A stretch of DNA of 64,000 nt from an uncultured Gemmatimonadales bacterium (GTDB taxonomy: Bacteria; Gemmatimonadota; Gemmatimonadetes; Gemmatimonadales; Gemmatimonadaceae), in contig CAWBZV010000003.1 of the NCBI GenBank assembly GCA_963793305.1, positions 704,001 through 768,000 on the forward strand. Direction: 5' to 3'. The notes beneath the pieces are model-generated. The model saw only the letters and a program-made list of their open reading frames with translations, did no database searches and was not told the origin of the DNA. Each line of letters opens with the position of its first letter. Position 1 is the stretch's first letter. Positions 1-7,569 of the stretch are shown piece after piece. A program made the position numbers and the translations under genes.

Positions 1-170
1 AAATAAGAGACTGTTGTTCGTGACTGCCGGACCGGTGTTGCCATTCCGATCGGTCGGGCCCGAGCCGGCGATGAGGAGTGCGACGGGACACGGCGTGGGA
101 ACGCCTTCCGGTACGAGGAGGGTTCCGTAGAGGGGGCCGACCGGCGTCGTGAGCGCCAACATAATATTCT

Positions 171-1328
171 GTGGTGTCTTCTACGACGCTGACGGTCAGG
201 CGGTTTCAGGTCGTGCGATATCTCCTGGAGCTTCAGGGGCTTCTTCCCCACGGCCGTACCGACGTGCTCAATGAGATCCGGCGTCTCGAGTGCGTGCAGA
301 TCGATCCGGTCGCCGCGGTCGAGCGCAACCAGCACCTGGTGCTCTCGGCCCGCATTCCCTCCTATCGCCCGTCGTCACTCGACACCTTACTCGCCGAAGG
401 CAAGGTCTTCGAGTATTTCTCGCACGCGGCGTGCGTGATGCCGATCGAGGACTACCCGATCTTCGCGGGTGTCCGGCGTCGGTACACCGAGCGCGTGGCG
501 CGCTACCTGGCGCCACTCGGCGCCGTTCCGAACGACATTCTCTCAGTATTGAGAGACAAGGGACCCCAACCCGCGCGCGCCTTCGAGACCGATCACCGCG
601 TGCGTGGCTGGTGGGACACGAAGGGCCCCAAGACGAAGGCGACCTCGCACGCGCTCGGCTTGCTCCTCTACTCGGGCGAGGTCATGGTCGTGCGCCGCGA
701 GGGGACGACGCGGTTCTTCGACGTACCCGAGCACGCGGTGCCGCCCGCGTTGTACGACGCGGCGCGTCGCATGCCGTCCGAGGAAGCGGACCGGTCGCTA
801 TTCGCGAAGTACTGTCGGGGCATGCGCGTGTTCGACCGCGGCGATCCGCATTTCGGGTGGTGGCGGCCGGCGCCAGCCGAGTTGCGCAAGAACGCCCTCA
901 AGAATGACGCGCTCGTGAAATTGTCGATCGAGGATGTCCCGCGCCCGTACTGGATGCTCGCGTCCGATGTCGAGGCGCTGGAGAAGACCCGCCGCAAGCC
1001 TTCCGCATCCACGGCGCGATTTCTTCCGCCGCTCGACAACTTGATGTGGAGCCGCCGGCGACTCGAGGACCTGTTCGATTTCGAGTACCGCTGGGAGGTC
1101 TACACGCCGGCCTCGCGTCGCCGCTATGGGTACTATGCGATGCCGATTTTGCTGGGGGACCGTATCATTGGCCGGATCGACCCGCAACTCGATCGCGAGC
1201 GGAACGTGCTTGTCGTGCGCGGCCCGCACCTCGAACGGGGCGTCCGCATGACGAAAGCGCTCCGCGCGACTCTTCGTCGGTCGCTGACCAAGTTCGCGCG
1301 CTGGCACGGCGCCGAGCTGGGGCGATGA
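171..1328 (+). CDS. ycaQ: YcaQ/AlkZ-like winged-helix DNA crosslink repair glycosylase (HTH_42 family)
   Basis: 385-aa ORF with QxD motif (VQIDPVAAVERNQHLVL) and C-terminal LPPLDNLMW...FEYRWEVYTP...RRYGYYAMPIL...GRID typical of the family. Confidence 0.85.
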   Translation: MVSSTTLTVRRFQVVRYLLELQGLLPHGRTDVLNEIRRLECVQIDPVAAVERNQHLVLSARIPSYRPSSLDTLLAEGKVFEYFSHAACVMPIEDYPIFAGVRRRYTERVARYLAPLGAVPNDILSVLRDKGPQPARAFETDHRVRGWWDTKGPKTKATSHALGLLLYSGEVMVVRREGTTRFFDVPEHAVPPALYDAARRMPSEEADRSLFAKYCRGMRVFDRGDPHFGWWRPAPAELRKNALKNDALVKLSIEDVPRPYWMLASDVEALEKTRRKPSASTARFLPPLDNLMWSRRRLEDLFDFEYRWEVYTPASRRRYGYYAMPILLGDRIIGRIDPQLDRERNVLVVRGPHLERGVRMTKALRATLRRSLTKFARWHGAELGR

Positions 1329-1843
1329 GCGCGAGAGCGACGCGCGTGCTGGGGGCCGTCGTGGGTGCGGCCGTGATCGCTTGCGCGTCGGGTCCGTATA
1401 TGTCGCAGCGCGATGCGGTGGCGGCGGCGGGGTTGTACGTCGAGGGTCCGGGCGCGATCCCGCCCGAGACTCAGGCTCGCGTGCTCGGGGATCCGGACGC
1501 GCTCCAGCTCTACGACGACATGCTCATGGGGCGCCGGCAGTGGATCTGTTGCGCGGATTCAAGCATGATGCTCCGTTGGCTCGCGTTGGCCGAGGACCCC
1601 CGGTTCCTGCCGACGTTCTTGCACTACGCGAACCCCGACCTGCCGGTGGGCCGAGGCAACAACGTCTTCGGGTATGCCTGCGTCGGGCTGGTGCGGCTCG
1701 CCGCGATCCCTGCCGCGCGGCAGCGCCTCATCGAGCTCTTGCAACCGACCACGCGGCCGGAGTTTCGCAAGAACCTCGTGCGGGTCCTCGAGTTCCGTAA
1801 CACGCCGGAGACTCGGGAGATCCTACAGTCTGCGGCGCCGTGA
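1325..1843 (+). CDS. Hypothetical lipoprotein
   Basis: ATG at 1325 overlaps the upstream stop (ATGA); signal peptide with lipobox-like VIAC. Confidence 0.6.
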   Translation: MSARATRVLGAVVGAAVIACASGPYMSQRDAVAAAGLYVEGPGAIPPETQARVLGDPDALQLYDDMLMGRRQWICCADSSMMLRWLALAEDPRFLPTFLHYANPDLPVGRGNNVFGYACVGLVRLAAIPAARQRLIELLQPTTRPEFRKNLVRVLEFRNTPETREILQSAAP

Positions 1844-1914
1844 AGAGCCAACGCCCCGAATCGGGAGGCTGTATGAGATTGCAGGACCCTATTACACATG
1901 GAGTTACCAGTCTC

Positions 1915-2271
1915 ATGCGCATAATGCGCCTTGCCGTAGCACTCGCGATCGCCGCCGTCACCCCGGTGATCGCTCACGCCCAACAGGATGGCGGTGGTGG
2001 CGGCCGCGGTGGTGGCGGTGGCCGGATGATGGCCGCGCTGTTTAACGGGATCACGCTGACCGACGCGCAGCAGAAGCAGGTCGACTCGATCCGCACTGCG
2101 TATCGGCCACAGATGCAGTCCGCCGGCCAGGATCGCGGCGCGCGTCGCGACTTGATGCAGAAGGAGACCGCGGATTTTCGGACGGTGCTCACGTCCGATC
2201 AGCAGGGCACGTTCGACAAGAACCTGGCCGACGTGCGCTCGCGGATGGGCGGTGGCGGTCCGCCTCAGTAA
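1915..2271 (+). CDS. Secreted Spy/CpxP-like (LTxxQ) protein
   Basis: GGAG RBS, signal peptide ending AHA-Q, Gly-rich linker, LTDAQ and LTSDQ motifs. Confidence 0.75.
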   Translation: MRIMRLAVALAIAAVTPVIAHAQQDGGGGGRGGGGGRMMAALFNGITLTDAQQKQVDSIRTAYRPQMQSAGQDRGARRDLMQKETADFRTVLTSDQQGTFDKNLADVRSRMGGGGPPQ

Positions 2272-3860
2272 GCGATCTTGATCCATCCACGCGACAACAG
2301 GGCGGGCGACTTGAGCAGGGATTCTGCCAGGTCGCCCGCTTTGTCGCGGGCGCCGACTTGGGCGTAGATCCGCCACAGGATTTGCTGGTACGCGGGCCCG
2401 AGCCAGGTATTCTCGGGTGGCGGTGCGAGGCGAACCGCGACTTCCCCCTCCCGCATTGCCTCAGCTCCGCGTCCCATATACGCGAGTGCCAGGCCCAGGT
2501 CGGCGTGCAGGGCCGGCGACTCAGGCGCAGCTCGCAACGCTGACTCGAGTATCACCCGCGCGCTATCCGCATATGCCCGAGCGCCACCAACGTCGCCGAG
2601 CAAGGCCAGGCTCTGAGCGAGACCCAACCCCCATGCCGCGCGACTGCCGGCAAAGGCTTTTGGCGTGAGTGTCGAGACGAACCGCCAGGTGGTGGTGTCG
2701 AGCACGCGCAGCGTGCCGAACACCCCGGCCGCATACGCATAGAGCGCCGCCGAGTCGACTTCGCGTGCTCCGGCATGCATGACGGCTCGCGCGGCATCCC
2801 GATCGCCCGCGCAGATCTCGACGAGCGCGCGATCGACGATCGCATCCGCGCTCCCCGGTGCGAGCTTGACGGCCGCATCGAGCTCTTCTCTCGCCTCGGG
2901 ATATCGTCTGAGCCGCAGCAACGTCGTCCCGCGCACCCGCGGCGCCGCGCTCCCGAACGGATCCACGAGCTCGGCCTGCGCCAGCCGATCGAGCGCAATG
3001 TCCCAGCGTCCGACGGCGCGATCCGTCATCGCGGCCGCGACGAGAAGATCGGCATCATTCGGCGCGTACCGCAGGGCGGTCTCGTACTCCCGCTGCGCGG
3101 CCGCGTTGTCGCGCAGGATGACCGCGTCATATCGCGCCATTGCCCCGTGCGCGGCACCGAGCGTCGGTGCGAGCGCCAGCGCGCGGGTGGCGGCATTGTG
3201 CGCGGTGCGGGCAACGGCGGAGTCCGGGTCGACGCGCTCCCACCGGATCGTGGCGGCGTTACTGAGCCGCGCCCAGGCGAGGGCGAACGACGGGTCGAGC
3301 GCCACGGCGCGCGTGTACTGGCCGCGAAGGAACGCGTCGTACGCGCTTAAGTTTGCGGTCGGCCGCGTCTCGTTCGTCGTTGTCCGGAGGCCGATCGCGC
3401 CGGTGACCCGGGTCGCTATCGATGACTGCACCGCGAACACGTCGGCGAGCGGCGCGCTGTAGGGCGCGGACCAGGCTTCGCCGGCGCTGGCCACGTCGTA
3501 CAGCTCGGGATTGATCTCGACGCGCCCGTGGGCTCGCGTGACGGTACCGCGGAGGATGTAGCGCACGTGGAGCGTGTGCCCGATGGCCTCCGGCGTCTCC
3601 GACGTGTGCCGATAGCGCGCGGCGGTGCCCGGCGCGATGACTTCGACGCCGGGCACGGTGGCCAGCGCCGAATGGAGTCCGTCGGTGATTCCCTCGGCGA
3701 AATACGCATCGTCCGAGTCGCCCGCGTTCTCGAACGGCAGCACGACGAGCCGTGCCGGCGGCGCTGGCCGTCCGCGCGACGTCGCGGCCAGCCCGAATGC
3801 CGTGACGGCAATGAGGGCGGCGGCAGTCGCCAGTGCGACCAGAGGGTCTCGGGCGTTCAT
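2265..3860 (-). CDS. TolB-N/FlgO-like domain plus TPR repeat protein
   Basis: N-terminal TM segment, VVLPFEN...YFAEGITD motif, helical TPR-like repeats; start codon uncertain. Confidence 0.75.
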   Translation of the reverse strand: MNARDPLVALATAAALIAVTAFGLAATSRGRPAPPARLVVLPFENAGDSDDAYFAEGITDGLHSALATVPGVEVIAPGTAARYRHTSETPEAIGHTLHVRYILRGTVTRAHGRVEINPELYDVASAGEAWSAPYSAPLADVFAVQSSIATRVTGAIGLRTTTNETRPTANLSAYDAFLRGQYTRAVALDPSFALAWARLSNAATIRWERVDPDSAVARTAHNAATRALALAPTLGAAHGAMARYDAVILRDNAAAQREYETALRYAPNDADLLVAAAMTDRAVGRWDIALDRLAQAELVDPFGSAAPRVRGTTLLRLRRYPEAREELDAAVKLAPGSADAIVDRALVEICAGDRDAARAVMHAGAREVDSAALYAYAAGVFGTLRVLDTTTWRFVSTLTPKAFAGSRAAWGLGLAQSLALLGDVGGARAYADSARVILESALRAAPESPALHADLGLALAYMGRGAEAMREGEVAVRLAPPPENTWLGPAYQQILWRIYAQVGARDKAGDLAESLLKSPALLSRGWIKIAY

Positions 3861-4009
3861 CGGTCGGGAGAGTGTGTGGTCTCTCCTGGCGAGCGTCAAG
3901 TAACGCTGCAAAGAAAAACGTATGACGCGGGCTCCCAGCGGCGCTCCCGCGCCGCAGAGAGCCAGGTCGGTTGGACAACGCTCGGCTACGCCTCGCTATC
4001 TTCGTTTCC

Positions 4010-4969
4010 GTGCCGAACGTATGGAGGGCGGTGGGGAGGAGCGCCGAGGGCAGTTCGCATCGGCGGGCGAAGCTCCCGAATCAGGATGCGCTCCGACTGT
4101 GGAATCCACACGGCGACGGGCAATCGGTGATCGTCGCCGTCGCCGACGGCCACGGGAGCGCCACGCATTTTCGCAGCGCGACGGGTTCGCGGTTCGCGGT
4201 GGAGGTGGCCGAGCGGGTGTTGCGCGATCTCGATGGCGCGTTGCGCGCGGGCGGCGCGCTGGACGCTGAGCGCGAGCAGTGGATTCGGAAGGAGATCGTC
4301 TCGCGCTGGCGTGCGTGCTGTATCGCGGACGCCGAGGCGAACCCGTTCACGTCGGCCGAGGAGGTACGTCTGAGCGGAGCGGGCGCGCGCGACCAGATCT
4401 TCGATCGCGCGCTGGCCTACGGCTCGACGCTGCTCGCGGGGTTAGCCACCGACGGGCGCCTCGTACTGCTGCAGATCGGCGACGGCGACATCCTCGCGGT
4501 CGATGCGGCGGGATCCCAGTTCCGTCCTTTCCCCCGCGACGCTCGTCACGTCGCGAACCTCACGACGTCACTCTGTCTCCCGGACGCGGTCGACAACGTC
4601 CGCGTGGCGTCGCTCTCGCCGAACACGATCTCCCTCCTTCTCTTCGCGACCGACGGCTACGCCAACTCCTTCGCCTCAAGCGAGGCTTTCGAGCGCGTCG
4701 TCGGCCCGCAGATTCTCTCACAGGTGCGCGAGCGGGGGGTCTCCTGGGTCTCTCAGGTTCTTCCGAGCTCCCTCAAAGCCGCGGCCGAGCGTGGCAGCGG
4801 CGACGACGTGACGCTCGCGATTCTCACATGCGAGGACGCCCCAGCCGGAGCCATTGCCCCGGGGCAAGGTCGCAGCGATGCACCGGTGACGCTCAGCGGG
4901 CTCGTGGTCATGCTGGGCGTGCTGCTCGTGGTCGGGTTGTGTCTCTGGCGAGTACTGCTGCCCCGTTGA
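4010..4969 (+). CDS. PP2C-family protein phosphatase with C-terminal membrane anchor
   Basis: NQDA, VADGHGS, QIGDG, ATDG and GDDVT motifs; hydrophobic C-terminus; GTG start inferred. Confidence 0.85.
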   Translation: MPNVWRAVGRSAEGSSHRRAKLPNQDALRLWNPHGDGQSVIVAVADGHGSATHFRSATGSRFAVEVAERVLRDLDGALRAGGALDAEREQWIRKEIVSRWRACCIADAEANPFTSAEEVRLSGAGARDQIFDRALAYGSTLLAGLATDGRLVLLQIGDGDILAVDAAGSQFRPFPRDARHVANLTTSLCLPDAVDNVRVASLSPNTISLLLFATDGYANSFASSEAFERVVGPQILSQVRERGVSWVSQVLPSSLKAAAERGSGDDVTLAILTCEDAPAGAIAPGQGRSDAPVTLSGLVVMLGVLLVVGLCLWRVLLPR

Positions 4970-4971
4970 CG

Positions 4972-5027
4972 GGAAAGACGAAACCCCGGGGAATCCTCCC
5001 CCGGGGTCACGCGGCAGCCCAGGAAGC
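4972..5027 (-). ncRNA. Putative small RNA 2, antisense to a tRNA variant with anticodon loop CCAGGAA/CUAGGAA
   Basis: Predicted RNA GCUUCCUGGGCUGCCGCGUGACCCCGGGGGAGGAUUCCCCGGGGUUUCGUCUUUCC; paralogue of sRNA 1 with its own promoter and terminator hairpin. Confidence 0.65.
4983..5007 (-). terminator. Intrinsic terminator hairpin of sRNA 2
   Basis: 9-bp stem accccgggg/ccccggggt followed on the minus strand by TTCGTCTTT. Confidence 0.7.
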
Positions 5028-5034
5028 GACTGAC

Positions 5035-5062
5035 AATCTAGGTCATGCTCCGGCGCAATCAA
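5035..5062 (-). promoter_or_regulatory. Sigma70-like promoter of sRNA 2
   Basis: Minus strand TTGATT-N16-TAGATT; the -10 box ends 7 nt before the antisense sequence begins. Confidence 0.6.
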
Positions 5063-5083
5063 CGTGCAACATTCCACGTCCAC

Positions 5084-5139
5084 AAAATGCGAAACCCCGG
5101 GGAATCTTCCCCCCGGGGTGACGCGGCAGCCTCGCAAGC
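5084..5139 (-). ncRNA. Putative small RNA 1, exact antisense to the adjacent tRNA anticodon arm
   Basis: Predicted RNA GCUUGCGAGGCUGCCGCGUCACCCCGGGGGGAAGAUUCCCCGGGGUUUCGCAUUUU; first 20 nt are perfectly complementary to the tRNA (5247-5266), next 7 nt to its 5' acceptor strand. Confidence 0.75.
5094..5119 (-). terminator. Intrinsic terminator hairpin of sRNA 1
   Basis: 9-bp stem accccgggg/ccccggggt followed on the minus strand by TTCGCATTTT. Confidence 0.7.
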
Positions 5140-5145
5140 AACTAT

Positions 5146-5174
5146 AATTTAGGCCGCTCTCACAGCGTGGTCAA
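5146..5174 (-). promoter_or_regulatory. Sigma70-like promoter of sRNA 1
   Basis: Minus strand TTGACC-N17-TAAATT; predicted start near 5139 coincides with the first antisense base. Confidence 0.7.
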
Positions 5175-5201
5175 CGTGTAATCACGCACGGCGAACTAGC
5201 G

Positions 5202-5287
5202 TGCCGAGGACGGGATTTGAACCCGCACGGCCCTTTCGAGCCAGCAGCTTGCGAGGCTGCCGCGTCTACCAGTTCCGCCACCCCGGC
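5202..5287 (-). tRNA. Class II tRNA with Leu-type body and CGC (Ala) anticodon; CCA not encoded
   Basis: Cloverleaf GCCGGGG-TG-GCG GAACTGGTAGA CGC-G-GCAGC CTCGCAA GCTGC-T-GGCTC GAAA GGGCC-GT-GCGGG TTCAAAT CCCGT-CCTCGGC-A; anticodon at 5251-5253. Confidence 0.92.
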
Positions 5288-5368
5288 ACCTCGCGTGCTG
5301 GGCGAACACTGGGAATACTGCGACACAGTAGCCAAGAAAAGCGCACCACGACTAGTCAGCGGGCGAAG

Positions 5369-5397
5369 AGTATAGCGAGTCTCCGCCACGCCGTCAT
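5369..5397 (-). promoter_or_regulatory. Putative sigma70 promoter of the tRNA
   Basis: Minus strand ATGACG-N17-TATACT about 80 nt upstream of the tRNA. Confidence 0.5.
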
Positions 5398-5452
5398 CGT
5401 TGAGTTGCGAACCGTATCGTTAAGCACTGAGCGATCTACAACGAGTCGAGCG

Positions 5453-7462
5453 TCAGCGCAATCCTTGGCCTGCGCTTGTCGTTCCAAGCTGCTGCTCGCC
5501 CCAAATGTAATGCCCGAACCAGTCCAGGTTCTCCTGCATGACCGATCGTTGCTGCTTGGGTTTGTCGATTGGGTGCCCGAACCCGGGATACACGACCATG
5601 CGCACCGGCACGCCCTTATCGCGAAGCGCCTGATAGAGCTCGAACCCATTCGGGATGGGCACGCGCTTGTCGCTCCCCCCATGCTGTATCAGCGTAGGAG
5701 TCTTCGCGGTCTTGATGTACGTGATGGGCGACGTCTTCTTGTAGATCTCCGGATCATCCCACGGCGTCGCGTGGAGATACTGTCGCGTAAAGGGATGGAT
5801 GTCGGTATTGACATAGTAGGTCATCCAGTCGGAGATGCCCGCCCCGACCGAGACCGCCCGGAACCGATCGCTGAACGTGGTGATGAACGCCGAGATGTAC
5901 CCACCTTCGCTCCACCCCATGGATGCCACTCGGCTCCGATCGACGAACCCTCGAGCGATGAGATAGTCGACGCCAGAGATGACGTCGGCATAGTCCCCGA
6001 CGCCCAAGTTGCGCACATTGAGCGCCCGGAACTTCTCGCCGTATCCGGCCGAGCCGCGATAGTTCGGCCTCAGGATAACGGCGCCTTTGGAGGCAAAGAG
6101 CTCGACGGGATAGTATCGATCCGCGCCGAGCGTGGTGCGATCGACGCCGGTCGGCCCGCCGTGGATGACGACGAGCAGAGGGTATTTCTTGGTGGAGTCG
6201 AACCCAGGCGGCGTGATGAGCACGCCTTCGACGGCCGCGCCGTCGGTGGATTTCCACTGCACGAGCTGCCGTCGGGCCGACTTGAACGCCGACAGCTGGT
6301 CCCCCATGGTTGTAATCGCTTTCGGCGCGAACGGTTTGATGTCGGAGACGCCGATCTCCGGATACGCATTATCCCCGGCCGCGACGAACGCGCACGGTGC
6401 TCGCGTGCCGCGCGAGCGAGAACTGGCCGGCGATGCGCTTGGGATCGGAGAGCGTCTCGACGGTGCCAGACTTGGGATCGACGCGAGAGAGCACCTGGTA
6501 GGTACGCTCAAGCGGTGAGAAGTAGATGCCGTCCTTGTCCCAAGCGAACGGCGACGCATTCTCGTCGAACGACGTGGTGATCGCACGCGGCGTACCACCG
6601 TTCGCACTCACCACCGCGATGACCGTGTTCGTGTAGTAGAAGTACGGACTCCCATTGGCGGTCGAGAACGCGATCTCGTTCCCGTCCGGCGACCACACGG
6701 GGTTCGTATTGGGGCCGCCGGCCTCGACGATCTTCTTGACGCTCTTGTCGGCGACGGTGACGACGTAGATGGCGGCGGTGTTGGACGAGCCGAGGTCGGG
6801 ATCGCGCTGTGCGGAGAACGCGATGCGGGAGCCGTCGGGCGACCACGCGTATGAGCCGACGGTGAACTGGTCGCCCTCGGTCAGCCGCCGCGGCTCGCCG
6901 CCGGCCGCGTCGACGAGCCACAGGTGGCTCATCGAGTAGTCGCCGCCGATGACCTGGATGTCGCCGTAGGTACTATCGCGATCTTTGCGCGCTTTGGATT
7001 TCGGGTCGCGACTCACGAACGCGATGCTGCGTCCATCGGGCGACCACTCGAGCTCCGAGACGCCGGTCTCGACGCGCGTCAGCTCTCGCGCTTCGCCGCC
7101 GTTCGGCGCGATGACGTAGATCTGCGTCGAGTCCTCGAGCTTCCCGCCGGGCAGCGCGACGGGCCGCGTGGAGAGGAACGCGATCCATTGCCCGTCGGGC
7201 GACCATTTCGCGTCGAAGCTCGACCCTTTGCCGCTGGTGAGCTGCACGCGCTGTGTGCCGGCGGCGTCCGCCAGCCACAGCTCGCGCTCGAACGCATTGG
7301 CCTCCCAGTTCGTGTGGGAGACTTCGTACGCGACCCACTTTCCGTCGGGCGAGATGCGCGGCGCATTCGCGCTTTTCATCTCCAGGGACTGGTCGATCGT
7401 GGGAGCCTGAGCGTGGCGGGGAGTGCCGCACCGAGCACGAGTACAATCGCGAGTTTTCGCAT
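5453..7462 (-). CDS. S9 family peptidase (PD40 propeller plus prolyl oligopeptidase domain), two frameshifts
   Basis: Signal peptide MRKLAIVLVLG from 7462; WSPDG repeats (ORF 6369-7379); HGGP, GWSEGG, HGGSDKRVP and GFGH catalytic motifs (ORF 5453-6607); shifts near 7415 and 6390. Confidence 0.85.
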
Positions 7463-7569
7463 GGGAAGAATGTAATCACAACCAGGCCAACTCGTTGCTA
7501 TGTGGGCGATTACAGTGGGAAACATGCGACGCCTGGCCGATACGCATCCGTCATCTCAAATTGGAGGCC

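Noticed and set aside
4979..5139. The two ~45-nt repeats as a CRISPR array or REP elements
   Set aside because: Only two copies, no cas genes, and each has its own promoter and tRNA complementarity.
5113..5139. tRNA fragment as an attL/attR integration scar
   Set aside because: att duplications are direct repeats, usually of the tRNA 3' end. This copy is inverted, covers the 5' half, lacks the D-loop and has no integrase nearby.
5202..5287. Ordinary tRNA-Ala(CGC), tRNA-Sec or a sequencing artefact
   Set aside because: No G3:U70 and a long variable arm rule against Ala. The 7/5 fold and non-UCA anticodon rule against Sec. The antisense copy independently confirms the loop sequence.
5201..6580. 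459-aa plus-strand ORF and similar long shadow ORFs (e.g. 36704-37696, 11202-12230)
   Set aside because: They are antisense or off-frame to well-supported genes, Arg/Pro-rich and motif-free, as expected in high-GC DNA.
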